Positions 49,358 to 60,803 are shown, counted from the stretch's first letter. The stretch: DNA of 64,000 nt from Candidatus Multivoradales bacterium (GCA_965248925.1 CBDFLE010000006.1:2368001-2432000), one strand, 5' to 3'. Notes: generated from the letters alone by a model not told the origin. Program-made: numbers and translations.

Positions 49358-52193
49358 ATGAAAACCACCCCCCAGCCCTTCCGTCTGTTCTCCGCCGGCT
49401 GCCTGCCGGCTTTGATTCTGGCCCTGCTGCCAGTGCTCTTCCTCTTGTTCCCCGCGATCTCTCATGGCGCGCAGCAGCACCCCACCAGCGAGCGCGGCTT
49501 CGCCCCCGAGAAAGCCTACGCCTTTGGCGATATCGATCACGTAAGCCTCTACAACGGCGCCCTCACCCTGACCCTCCCCATCGGCCCCACCTACCGGGTG
49601 GGTCGCGGCCTGTCCTACTCGCTGACCTTGGTCTACAACTCCAAATTGTGGGATTGGGAGATCGAGTGCGGCACGGGTAACTGCGAGTCGGTGGCCTGGG
49701 CCAACCGCGATAGCAACGGTGGCTTGGGTTGGCAGCTTTCCCTCGGAAAACTAGTACCGCCGCTGACCCCGCCGCGCAACGACACGCCTCTCTGGCTGTT
49801 CGTCACAAGCGATGGCAGCGAGCACTTTTTTTACGACACGCTGGCCAACGAAGCCCCGGTGGCCAACGTCTACTACAGCCGCGACAGCACCTACTTGCGG
49901 CTGAAGAAGGCGGGTAGCCAGTGGAAGCTGGAGGACGGCGGCGGAGTGACCCACACCTTCAACGCCAACGGCGACCTGCGGCGGCAAGAGGACGCCTTCG
50001 GCAACTACCTGACCATCGGCTATGGCGCCAACACCTGGGATATCGCCGACAGCACCGGCCGCACCCACACCTTGACCTTCGCCAACAAGCTGCTCGACGG
50101 CGCCCAGGTACCGCATCTCATCCGCGCCGACTTGGCGGCCTTCGGCGGTCAGCGGGCGCTGTGGAGTTTCACCTACCAGCAAGCCACCGTCGACCGCCCC
50201 GCCCCATCGCCGAACGTGGGTGTCTACAGTCCGCCTGGGGCGCACTTCCTGACCAAGATTTCGCTGCCGCACGGCCAGAGCTACAACATGGGACCGGTGG
50301 CCCAGCGCTACCACTTGTCGCGGCTTGAGCACACTCGCAATGTCGGTCAGATCAAGGCCGTCGATCTACCCACCGGCGGCCAAGTGGCTTGGGAGTACAA
50401 GAACTACAATTTCTACACGTTGGGCGACCCGCCAATCGGCACTGGGCATCCGCGCCGTGAGTTGCAGCTTTCCTCCGGCGTCAAGTCCCGGCGCCTGATC
50501 GACACCACCGGCGGCGAGCTGGGCAAGTGGACCTACACCCAGGTACTGACCACCGAGGGCTTCGATCCAGCGGTCCAGTCGATCACCACGGTCAAGGCAC
50601 CTTCGGGACAAAGGTCGATCCACTACTTCTCGACCTACCAAGGTGGCCCCACCAGTGTCACCACCGCCAATGAACTCGATCTGGGGCTGCCCTTCACGCC
50701 GAAGAACCCGGTGGGTGAGCGGCGCCTGTCGCAGCGGGTACTCTCGGCCGGTGGCACCGACCTTCGCCGGGTCGAGGTGGGCTATCAACGCGACGCCGCC
50801 GCGCCGCTGGGTGAGGTGCATATCCGTGGTCAGCTCAACCCCGCGGCGCGCGATCGTAATCAACGAATGTTCGTTACCCGTACGATCTACAAGGACGACG
50901 GCAACCGGTACGCCGAGGACCGCATGTCGGGCTATGACGGCGTGGGCCACTATCGGCGCACGGTGCGCAAGGACAACTTCGACGGGGTGAAGACGCGCAA
51001 TCAGTTCACCCGCTACCATCCCGGCGGCATGCCCAACACCGGCCAAGCGTGGATCCTCGGCACCTACACTTACCAGACCACCGTCGACACCGGCGGCGCC
51101 ACCTTGCGCCGTGATACCTGCTTCGATTCCGCGACTGGCTTTTTGAAAGTGGAGCGGCTGCGCCAAGCCAACCCGGCGCCGAGTTCGGACGACGTGGTGC
51201 GCGCGATGAGCTACGTCCGCGATGCCGCGAGCAAGATCGAAACCGTGGTCGAGCGCCATTTCGGCGGAGATACGGGCGCCGTGGCGGCGCCCGGCGACGT
51301 CTGCGCGCTGAATCCGGCGCACAACACCAGCCACGTTGCCCTGGAGCACAAGTGGCAGTACGGCTCTGGCCGCTCAAGCCAATACTTGAAACTCGATGGC
51401 AGCCGCTTCCCCTTCTTCGAAGTGCTCCAGACGGTGGACCGGAAGACCGGCCTGATCAGTGCGAGCACCGACCGCGCGGCCTTAGTCACCGCTCTCAAGT
51501 ACGACTTTCTTGGCCGGCTAACCGAGTCCAAACCCTCCGCCGGCCACGGCGCCTGGACGCTCTACGCCTACACCAACACCTTCAACTCGGCCGGCCCCAA
51601 GGTCGAGATCCGTCAAATCGACCGCGATACCAGCGCCGCGTTGGCCAAGCGCGAGCTACGTTTCGACGGCATCGGCCGGCTGATCTTGGAGCGTCAGCGC
51701 CAGCCTAGCGGGCTGTGGGCCAAACGGGTAACCGCGCCTACAGCGGCGAAGGCTGGACCCAGAGCGAGTCCGAGTGGTACCGCTCCGCGGGCACCGTCCA
51801 CCGCACTTATTTCGACCACGATGCCTTTGGCCGGGTGACCAAGATCGTGCCGCCCGACGGCGCTACCCACGATGTGCGAGTGACCTACCTCGGCGACCGG
51901 CGAGTAGTGCGCCGGGGAAGGGTGGGCACTTCAGTAGCTGGCAACGGCAGCGTCAACCAAAGCCAGTTTGCCACCGAAGAGATCTACGATGCCTACGGCC
52001 GCCTGGTGCGGGTATCCGAGCCCGCGGGCGGCCTGCTGGCGACCTACTTCTACGACTCCGGCGATCGGTTGAAACAGGCTAATCTGAAGGGCGGAAGTAC
52101 CACCCAGATTCGCACCTTCGAGTACGATGGTCGAGGCTTTCTCCTCTCCGAGAATCACCCCGAGGCACAGCAGATCAACTACAGCAACTACGA
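49358..52193 (+). pseudogene. RHS/YD-repeat protein, frameshifted at ~51734 and interrupted by a group II intron
   Basis: Signal peptide, GGLGWQLSLG, YD repeats (YDFLGRL, FDGIGRL, YDAYGRL, YDSGDRL, YDGRGFL); extra GC in ACCGCGCCTAC; no core end or toxin domain in the window. Confidence 0.88.
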
Positions 52194-54455
52194 GTGCGGC
52201 AAGAAGCCGCTTTTCTATATGAAAGGAGTTGTCCTCCGAAATGCAATTATTTGATTTCCCATCCCATGAGCGAGGACCATCTGTACCGCCAGATGAACCT
52301 ACGGCCCTGAATAAAGAGCGGGCCAGACAATGCGCGAAGCACCTCGGTGCGGTCTTGACACCGCGAGGCGTCAAGGCTCCTGGGAGCCCCGATCCGGGAT
52401 AGCGTCTGGTAGTAGCCATGGCAAACACATGTGAATCAGCGCAGGGATCGTTATGATGAAGGGCCAAAGGGGCTGACAGGCCTGGCCAAACGGCAAGGTG
52501 GCAGGGGCCACGTTCTCGTAGTCGTGGCCCGCGGTCGTCGATCACCCGGTCTAAAGCTGATGCCTAAAGCTACGTACTCCGAAAGCGGAACTTGTAAACC
52601 TGGTATGTCCGCCTACGAAGGTGAGAGTCCGATCTTTCCCGCCCCACCGCGTCAGCGAACGGCCCGGGATCGTTCCGACTCCTATCGTCAACCAGGCAGG
52701 CTGACCGCAAGGGAGGCTATTGGATGTGCCGGAGTAGGACGCTGGAAGAAGCGAATGCCGGTCTGTAATGGATCGGATACGGGTTCGGAATTTGCCCGGC
52801 GCGAAAGCGAGCCAACGTCCAGCGGGTGTTTCTTTGTAAGAGCGCTTGGAGAACCGATTCTGCGGAGGAATGGCGATGGATGACCCGAAGAAATTCGCGG
52901 TCGGCGCACCTTCGGGCGGTGTCGAAAACTGGTCGGATATCGACTGGCGGTGGACGTACAAAACCGTTGAGCGGCTACAAGTTCGTATTGCGAAGGCAGC
53001 TCGGAAAGAACGCTGGGGGAAGGTGCGCTCCCTCCAGCGAATTTTGGTTCAGTCGCTGCCTGCGAAGCGGCTGGCGGTTCGTCGGGTGACGACGAACCAG
53101 GGAAAGCGCACGCCGGGAATCGACGGTGTTCTCTGGAACACCTCTCGGCAGAAGATGCAGGCCGTGGACGAGCTGAAGCGGCGAGGCTATCAGCCTCAGC
53201 CACTACGGCGAATCCACATTCCAAAACGCAACGGCGGAAAACGTCCGCTGAGTATCCCGTGTATGCACGATCGAGCGATGCAAGCTCTTCATCTGCTGGC
53301 TCTCGAGCCAGTAGCCGAGCAAAGGGCGGATCCAAATTCCTATGGATTCCGCAAAGCCCGTTCGATCCAAGATGCCCATGTGCGATGCCACATGGTATTG
53401 GCTAAGGGCAACGCAGCTGAATGGGTGCTCGACGCGGACATCGAAGCCTGTTTTGATCAAATCAGCCATCAATGGTTACTAGACCATATCCCGATGGATA
53501 GAAGTCTACTCCGGAAATGGCTGAAGGCCGGATATTTCGAAGGTGAGATGTTCCACCCCACTGAGCAAGGCACTCCCCAAGGAGGAATCCTCTCGCCAAC
53601 CTTGGCGAATATGACCTTGGACGGTTTAGAAGCTCATGTCCTTTCGGCGGTTCCACGCCCAAAAGGGAAGGAGCCCGCGGCCAAGGTCCATGTCATTCGG
53701 TACGCAGACGATCTCGTGGCCACGGCCAGAACCAGGGAACTCCTGGAAGAGAACGTCGTCCCCGCGGTTACCGCCTTTCTCAAAGAACGCGGTCTGAGAC
53801 TGTCCGAAAAGAAGTCCCAGATCGTGCATATCGACGACGGTTTCGATTTCCTTGGAGCCAATGTACGTAAGTACAACGGCAAGCTCCTGATGCGCCCAAT
53901 GCGGGCCAACGTCAAGGATCTCATCCAAAGAACGCGGAGCCTCATTCGTCGGAACTTCGGAACCAAGACGGAAAATCTACTGCACCAGCTCAACCGCGTC
54001 CTCCGCGGCTGGGCTCACCAGTTCCGTCATCTCGTTGCCTCGAAGACCTTCCAGAATATCGACCACTTCATCTTCGGACAGCTCTGGAGATGGGCGCGAA
54101 GGCGCCACAACAACAAAGGGCTACGATGGATCAAGACGCGATACTTTTCTCGCGTGGGAAACGCCAGGTGGCTACTCAATGCCAAGCAAATCCGAGCTGG
54201 AAGACGTCCACAGACGATCGTTCAGTTTCGAACGAGCAGCCTGAGAATCCGTCGGCACATCAAAGTTCGGGCCGAAGCTAGGTATCACGATGCCCGTTAC
54301 GCGGAGTACTTCAAAGAACGCTGGAGGCAGCGTCGCCGCCGCGAGCATTGGGACCGCCAAAGAACGAGGCCTGGGCAACTGGAGCTGTCATTCTGAACCC
54401 ACAAGCCCGACAAGCCGGGTCGGCAAGCAGCCGGCCTTTGGAATGCCTGAGCCGA
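52194..54455 (+). mobile_element. group II intron (3' ribozyme end truncated or degenerate)
   Basis: GTGCG 5' end; EBS1 TCGTAGT (52516-52522) in a hairpin loop complementary to exon ACTACGA (52187-52193); RT ORF; domain V begins GAGCCG at 54449 but does not complete. Confidence 0.9.
52876..54396 (+). CDS. ltrA: group II intron reverse transcriptase/maturase, no endonuclease domain
   Basis: RT_N (WSDIDW..LQVRIAKA..TPGIDG), PQGGILSPTLAN, YADD, GFDFLG, X domain RGWAHQF; no HNH motif. Confidence 0.95.
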   Translation: MDDPKKFAVGAPSGGVENWSDIDWRWTYKTVERLQVRIAKAARKERWGKVRSLQRILVQSLPAKRLAVRRVTTNQGKRTPGIDGVLWNTSRQKMQAVDELKRRGYQPQPLRRIHIPKRNGGKRPLSIPCMHDRAMQALHLLALEPVAEQRADPNSYGFRKARSIQDAHVRCHMVLAKGNAAEWVLDADIEACFDQISHQWLLDHIPMDRSLLRKWLKAGYFEGEMFHPTEQGTPQGGILSPTLANMTLDGLEAHVLSAVPRPKGKEPAAKVHVIRYADDLVATARTRELLEENVVPAVTAFLKERGLRLSEKKSQIVHIDDGFDFLGANVRKYNGKLLMRPMRANVKDLIQRTRSLIRRNFGTKTENLLHQLNRVLRGWAHQFRHLVASKTFQNIDHFIFGQLWRWARRRHNNKGLRWIKTRYFSRVGNARWLLNAKQIRAGRRPQTIVQFRTSSLRIRRHIKVRAEARYHDARYAEYFKERWRQRRRREHWDRQRTRPGQLELSF

Positions 54456-54524
54456 TTTAGGGTGCCAGCCTCGTCGCACTGCCGTAGTTTCAATGGTTTA
54501 CGCCACTCATTTGCCTGGACAAGT

Positions 54525-55145
54525 TGAGGTGCTCCTCGGATTCTGGTCCAGTCAGAATGAGAGGCTGGGCATGAGGAAGAGCCGATGCGCAAAAGCCGAT
54601 TTAGGGAAGAGCAGATCAACCATAGGCGCGTCTATCGGCTCTTCAAAGCCCTGGGGCTCGCTGTGCGGCGCAAGAAGCGAGCGGGTAGCACAAGGCGAAT
54701 CGGCATGCCGTGAGTCGTACCTCAGCTAGCCAATGAGCTGTGGTCGGTGGACTTCATCAGTGACAATTTGGCGGGCGGACGCAATTTCCGAGTTCTCGAC
54801 GTTGTGGACGATACAACGAGAGTGTGTGTGGCTATCGAGGTCGATTCGTCCCTGTCGGGTCATCGTGTAGCACGGGTGCTTGATCACTTTGCCGAGAGTC
54901 GTGGATACCCTCACAGGATAGTCGTGAACAACGGCCCGAAGTTCAACAGCAGAGCCTTGGAGGAGTGGGCCTACGAACACGCCGTCACCTTGCTGTTTGT
55001 TCGGCCAGGCAAGCCCATCGAAAGCTGTATTGCAGAGAGCCTCAATGGCCGCCAACGGGATGGGTGTCTCACACCTGCACCAGTTTACGAACTTGGCAGA
55101 CGCTGGCCGCAAGATCGAGCACTACCGACCGTCCCGGCCTGACCA
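54525..55145 (+). mobile_element. IS3-family relic, internally deleted
   Basis: TG-start left end; orfA start MRKSRFREEQI fused to orfB NHRRVYRL..WSVDF..NNGPKF..PGKP..ESLNG, with a stop codon and degenerate DDE residues. Confidence 0.85.
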
Positions 55146-55160
55146 CCGATCTGGATCATG

Positions 55161-55461
55161 GACCTCTCGGGCGGCCGACCGGGTCCAAACCTGCCGCCGG
55201 CCACGGTGCTCAGGTGATTTTCGCCTACAGCAACGCCGGTGTCTCTGGCGGTCCCAGGGTGGACATCCGCCAAGTCGATCGCAACACCACCGCCTCATTG
55301 GCTAAGCGTCTGCTACGACTCGATGGCAGCGGCCGCTCGATCCTCGAGCATCAGCGGCATCCCGGCGCGCTGCGAGCACACCGCCTGACCGCCCACAGCG
55401 GCGAAGGCTCGGCTCGGAGCGTGTCCGAGTGGTTCCGCGAGGGGGCGGACACCGTCCATCG
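55161..55461 (+). pseudogene. orphan diverged RHS fragment
   Basis: GRPTGSKPAAGHGA..VDIRQVDRNTTASLAKR..TAHSGEG..SEWFR..TVHR is paralogous to the RHS region at ~51503-51804. Confidence 0.85.
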
Positions 55462-55993
55462 CCCATCTTTGAGCGCTCCAGCCCTGGCGAACCCAAAAAA
55501 AAGCGGGACCAGACTCTCATCTGATCCCGGTTCAACTCGCATTTAAGCGAGCTTTCTAGCAACCGTCAGTGCCTATCGAGAAAGATCACAATGTCTTTCT
55601 GCAAATCATCCTTCCCAATTACTTTTCCGCTGGAACTCCAGCGAGGTATGAGACGCGACGAAAGCCTGTTTGCCCTTGGCTCCTTGTTTGCCGAAGTTGG
55701 GGGGACCGCAACAAACTTAAAAGGGGGGACAGCCATCAGGCACACCGCCAAAGAATCTGGCCCAGCGCAGCAGGTCTGGAAGCCGTCGCCGCTCTCTCAA
55801 CAGGGCTCTATCTTAGAAAAGGTGCTATGACCAGGTGAATCGGACAGAACACCATCCGCATGTCGGACATCTTCCCGGCAGCATAGGAAACATCCTACTT
55901 ATTACACATTCCGAATAAGACAGAGTTCACTCCCCGCTTCCCCACAGCTCAGGTGGCCAGGAAGTTCAGCGAACTGATCGAGTTGCGGGTCGA

Positions 55994-56293
55994 CTAGCCG
56001 CCGACAAAGACAAAACTGCGGGTGAGATAGTCACAGAGAGTGAAGACGAAGAGGATCGCCAGCCAGAAAACACCGCCCAAGACGGTCAACTTGACCACCG
56101 AGGTACTGCCCTTCACATGCATGAAGAAGAGCACCACCAGGGTGGCCTTGCTCAGCGCGATAGCCAGAGCCACCAAGTCGCTCCAGGGCTTGCCAAAATC
56201 GATCACCGCCGCGCCGACGGTCGCCGCGGTGAGGCCAAAGAGTGCCAACAGCACCAGGGCGTAGGGCTTGAGAGAGTGAGATTGCTCGGACAT
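55994..56293 (-). CDS. ctaF: caa3-type cytochrome c oxidase subunit IV
   Basis: 3 TM segments, KATLVVLFFMHVK motif, last gene of the operon. Confidence 0.85.
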   Translation of the reverse strand: MSEQSHSLKPYALVLLALFGLTAATVGAAVIDFGKPWSDLVALAIALSKATLVVLFFMHVKGSTSVVKLTVLGGVFWLAILFVFTLCDYLTRSFVFVGG

Positions 56294-56305
56294 CAGCTGG
56301 ACTCC

Positions 56306-56983
56306 TCAGGCGCCGCTCAGGCCAATCAAGTAGAGGAAGGGAAAGAGGAAGATCCACACCAAATCGACGAAATGCCAATAAAGGCCGAACCCTTCGACAA
56401 AATTGTAGTTCTTCGGCCCCCAGCGTCCAGCCAGAGCCGGGCGCAGCATGAACAGCATGATGCAGATACCCACCACCATGTGCAGGGCGTGCATGCCGGT
56501 CATGACGAAGTAGAGGGAAAAGAAGATCTGCACCGACGCACCCACTGGCTCACCATGCCACTCGAAGTGGTCGCCGGGCACCAAATGATGCTCCCATTTG
56601 CCTTTGTACTCGAAGTACTTAACGCCGAGAAAGACTCCACCGAGCAAAATGGTCAGGATCAGGCCAATCGCGATCAGCTTGCGCTTATTCTGCTGGGCCG
56701 CTCAAACCGCCATCACCATGGTGAAGCTGGAACCCAACAAGACGGCGGTGTTGAAGGTGCTGTTGAAGGTGCCAATCTTCCAGTTGAGCTGCCGGCTACC
56801 AGCCATGAAGGCTTCCGAGTACATAGATCGGTACACCACGTAGGTGATGAACAGGCCGCCGAAGAACATCGTCTCCTGCACCAGAAAGAGCCACATGCCG
56901 AGAAAGGAGGACTCCCTCTGCTGCTCATGGCTCTCGAAGTGATGCGCCAGTCCTGCGACATGTTGGGGGTGCGAATCGGACAA
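56306..56983 (-). pseudogene. ctaE: cytochrome c oxidase subunit III, in-frame TGA
   Basis: GMWLFL..E.MFF, TGMHALH, GLYWHFVD; stop at 56702-56704; 12-bp tandem duplication at 56749-56772. Confidence 0.9.
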
Positions 56984-57000
56984 CGGCTGATCTCCTTGAC

Positions 57001-58398
57001 TCAGGTCCCAGAACCGGCCACTCGGGGTTTGAGATTCTGACGGTCCGGCAACACCGGCTCCACGTACTGATAAGGCTCGAAGTCGACCACCGGCATCTGG
57101 TCGAAGTTATGCAGCGGCGGCGAGGTGGTTTCCCACTCCAGGCCGACGGCACCCCAAGGATTGCGCCCCGCCACTTCGCCCCACTTCAGCGACCAGATGA
57201 AGTACACCGTCGGAATCACATAGCCGACCGCGAGAATCGAAGCACCGGCGGTCGACATCACGTTCAGCACTTGAAATTCCTCTGGATAGACGTGGTAGCG
57301 CCGCGGCATGCCCAGGTAGCCGAGAATGAACTGGGGCAAGAAGGTCAGATTGAAGCCGACAAAGATAAACAGCGCCGACGGCACCGCGACCAGCATCGTC
57401 AGGATCGAGAAAACAGTGGCGGCGTAGGGGGCCTGGCTGGAGACGAACATATGGTGCCCCCAGACCAGAAAACCGAGCACGGCGATGGCGATCGAGGCAA
57501 AGGCGACGAACTTGTAGCCAAAAATCGGCTTGCGGGTAAAAGCAGCGATGATGTCGCTGATCACCCCCAACGACGGCAAGATCATGATGTAGACCGCCGG
57601 ATGAGAGTAGAACCAGAACAGGTGCTGGAAGAGCACCGGATCGCCGCCCAGAGCCGGATCGAAGATGCCCAGCCCGAAGGCACGCTCCAGGGCCAGCAAG
57701 GCGATGGTGATAGCCAGCACCGGCGTTCCCAGCACCATGATCAAGCTGGTGGCGTAATGCGCCCAGATGAACAGCGGCAGGCGGAACCAGGTCATGCCCG
57801 GCGCCCGCATGCGGTGGATGGTGACGATGAAGTTGACGCCGGTGAAGATCGACGAGAAGCCGTTGACGAAGATACCCAAGCCAACAGCCGTCACATGGCT
57901 GTTCGAGTAGGCGGTTGAATACGGCGTGTAGAAAGTCTAGCCGGTGTCGATACCTCCCGAGATCAGCGCGTACATGGTCAAGCTAGCGCCGATCATGTAC
58001 ATGTACCAGCTAGCCAGGTTGAGCTTCGGAAAGGCAACGTCCTTGGCACCGATCTGCAGCGGAATCAAGAAGTTCCCCAGCACCGCTGGAATCGACGGCA
58101 AGAGGAAGAAGATAATCATGACCACGCCATGCATGGTGAACATGCGGTTGTAGAGGTCGGGCTGTAGCAGATCCCCTTCCGGAGTCAGCAACTCGAGGTG
58201 GATGAGCGAGGCGTAGATCCCGCCGATGGCGACAAAGAAAGTGATCGACGCCAGGTATAGCAAGCCGATGCGCTTGTGATCGGTGGTCAACAACCACGAC
58301 TTCAAGCCGTGAGAGACGTTCAGGTAGTGCTCCCGGAGTAGCCTGCGAGCCGCTGCCGGCACAGCGTCCGAGAGGGAGCTGATCTCTGTGGTACTCAT
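57001..58398 (-). pseudogene. ctaD: cytochrome c oxidase subunit I, nonsense codon plus internal deletion
   Basis: TDHKRIG, TMHG, G*TFY (TAG at 57937-57939), HPAVY, WGHHM; AVPSA joins directly to [11 protein letters not shown], removing the HFH heme-ligand helix. Confidence 0.92.
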
Positions 58399-58403
58399 CG
58401 CTG

Positions 58404-59399
58404 TCAGTTCCTCGTCGGCGAGGACGGTTCGGCGGCGGCCGGAGCACCAGCACTGTCGTCGGAACCTTCGCCAAGTGATTTGATGTAGGCCACTAAGTGC
58501 TGCACTCCCTCTTCGCCGATCTGACCTTGGAAGGTCGGCATCAGCAGCGGATAGCCAGCGACCAGATGAGCACCCGGATTGAGGATCGACAGGCGGAGAT
58601 AGCTCGCATCACGAGCCACTTGGTGACCTCCGGCGAGGGCCACCGGCTGGCCCTAAATGCCATGCAGCGAGGGCCCGCGACCGCTTCCCCGCCGTTCATG
58701 ACAGGTGTTGCAGGCGTACTTCTTGAACAGCTGCTCGCCAGAAGCGATCGGGGTTAACCCGCCCGTGCCGCCGGCCAGCCAATCTTGATATTCGTCGGCC
58801 TGGAGCACGGTCACCGAGCCGATCATCTTGGAGTGCTCGACGCCGCAATATTCGGTGCAAAACAGGTGGTAGGTGCCCAATTTGGTGGCCTCGAACCAGA
58901 CCTCGGTGTAACGCCCCGGCAACACATCCTGCTTGACCCGGAAGGCGGGCACCGAGAAACTGTGGATCACGTCCTCCGAGGTCATCAACAACTTGATCTT
59001 CTGCCCGATGGGGATATGCAGCTGATTGATTTCTCGCGGTCCCTCGGGGTGCTGGAACTTCCACATCCACTGCTTGGCGGTGGCGTAGTATTCGATCGCA
59101 TCCTCGGGCGGAGTCACGGCGTGGAAAAAGACCTTGATGCCCCACACGCAGAGGATCAACGACACCACTAGCGGAATCACCGACCAGACGATTTCCAGCA
59201 GCACCGAACCACGGATCTCGGTACCCGCCTCGGTGTGCTCGCGGCGCCGGTATTTGACGAAGAAAAAGAAGATAAAGCCAGCGATCGCCAGGGAGCTGAT
59301 GGCGCTGATCGCCAAGGCGAAGAAGTAGATCGCATCTACTTCCCCGGCAATCGTCGAAGCGGCCTCGGGAAAGATTGGAAAATCGAAGATATCTATCAC
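58404..59399 (-). pseudogene. ctaC: cytochrome c oxidase subunit II with fused cytochrome c, in-frame TAG
   Basis: DVIHSF, CuA CTEYCGVEHSKM, CNTCH; stop at 58653-58655 cuts off the distal-Met part (LMPTF). Confidence 0.88.
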
Positions 59400-59410
59400 C
59401 TATGGCATTC

Positions 59411-60307
59411 CTAACGCGCGATCGCGCTCGGCGTTTCGGATCTTTCGCGGCGCCACATAAGCCACAGGAAAGACGCCATGAAAAGGGCGAAGGCGGCACC
59501 GGCGACGCGCAAGACGCGCATCGCCACCATGGTGTACTTACCGAGCTGCGGATCGTATTGGAAACAGTAGAGCAGAACCTGATCGATCAGCGACCCTCTC
59601 TTCTCCTCAGCAGCATCCACCAGCGCCAGCCGAATGCTCTTGGGGGAGTATTCGATGCCGTAGAAGTACTGCGCCACTTTGCCTTCGGGAGTCGCTATCA
59701 AGATCCCCGCGGCATGGGCGTATTCATCTTCGTCGGGTAAGTAAACAAAGCGAAATCCGGCCACTTCGGAGGTCCGGCTGACGCTGTCTTGGTCACCGAC
59801 CAGAAAGTGCCAATTGGCCTCGATCTCAGGTCGGCCATAGCGCTCGACCGCGGCGGCGCGAGCCTGCCGCGCCATCTCCGGCGTCTCCCCGGGATCGATC
59901 GAAATCGCCACCACATCGAACTCCCGGCCGACCTCGAAAGGCAGCACATCGAGAGACTTGGCAACCCCGTTCATCACCAGTGAGCAGAGCATCGGACGCT
60001 CGTAGTAGACGAAGGCCAGAACCACCGGGCGCTGGCCAATGACCTCGCCGAGTTGCAAGCGGCGACCCTCGGCGTCGGTAAACCAGGCATCGAGAGGCAA
60101 CTGGCCACCGAGATGCTGATCGAAGCCAACATCTTTCAGCGGCCCCGGCATATTCTCCGGCGCGATCCGACCGACCGCGGTCGACGGCGCTGGCGGATCC
60201 GGCGGCGCGGCTGGTTGGTCGGCGAATAGCTGGCCGCCACCGATCAAGCTCAGCAGGGCAGCCAAGGTCAACCAGCCGGGTAAGGCTCGCCGTGGCTGCT
60301 TATTCAT
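59411..60307 (-). CDS. SCO family protein (CxxxC motif mutated)
   Basis: YYERPMLC in place of the expected YYECPMLC; ISIDP, YAHAA. Confidence 0.85.
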   Translation of the reverse strand: MNKQPRRALPGWLTLAALLSLIGGGQLFADQPAAPPDPPAPSTAVGRIAPENMPGPLKDVGFDQHLGGQLPLDAWFTDAEGRRLQLGEVIGQRPVVLAFVYYERPMLCSLVMNGVAKSLDVLPFEVGREFDVVAISIDPGETPEMARQARAAAVERYGRPEIEANWHFLVGDQDSVSRTSEVAGFRFVYLPDEDEYAHAAGILIATPEGKVAQYFYGIEYSPKSIRLALVDAAEEKRGSLIDQVLLYCFQYDPQLGKYTMVAMRVLRVAGAAFALFMASFLWLMWRRERSETPSAIAR

Positions 60308-60803
60308 CGTTGGGAGGCTCCACCGCCACCGGCTCGGCATGCTCGCCGACGGCATTGGCCGGTGGCTCCAGACGCAGTGACGCTTGCTGTTCGAGCAGCA
60401 GGTCCATGGCTTCATAGATCGGCATATGCACCACCCCGGCAGCCTGGTCGACCCAACCCCAGCCGGCGCCGCTGTTGGCTAGCGGCTTCTTTGGACCAAC
60501 CGGCGCTCCGAGGTGGAAGGCCATCTCCTGCCACAGCGCCGCCATCTCGGCCTCCGGCTTGGGCTGGAGCAAGGGACCGGACAGCCGCGCGAGGTGCTCG
60601 ACGGCGAGCAGGGGTGAGGCCGTGGTCGGCTGCCGGCGCCCTTCGAGAAAGTTCAACACCCCCCAGGCCAGGACGATGCCCAGCAGACACATCAGGACCA
60701 GCGCGAGAGCTATCTGCAGCAGACTCTTGGTACTGATCTCGGCACCGAAGGTGTCGCCGAAACGTCCGTCCCAACCTGCCGGTACTTTCTCTTGCTCAGC
60801 CAC
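60300..60803 (-). CDS. single-TM protein of the ACIII/caa3 cluster
   Basis: GWGWVD..HMPIYEAM motif; overlaps both neighbours. Confidence 0.7.
   Translation of the reverse strand: MAEQEKVPAGWDGRFGDTFGAEISTKSLLQIALALVLMCLLGIVLAWGVLNFLEGRRQPTTASPLLAVEHLARLSGPLLQPKPEAEMAALWQEMAFHLGAPVGPKKPLANSGAGWGWVDQAAGVVHMPIYEAMDLLLEQQASLRLEPPANAVGEHAEPVAVEPPNDE

Noticed and set aside
52876-54396. RT as a retron, DGR or defence RT
   Set aside because: RT_N and maturase domains, the GTGCG 5' end and EBS1-IBS1 pairing identify a group II intron; the RHS paralog differences are not adenine-specific as in DGR TR/VR pairs
55500-55990. Short ORFs as an RHS immunity or toxin remnant
   Set aside because: No recognisable motif, RBS or consistent frame
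56306-59399. Stop-codon reassignment or readthrough explaining the cox stops
   Set aside because: Both TAG and TGA are involved, both end normal genes throughout the window, and large deletions co-occur
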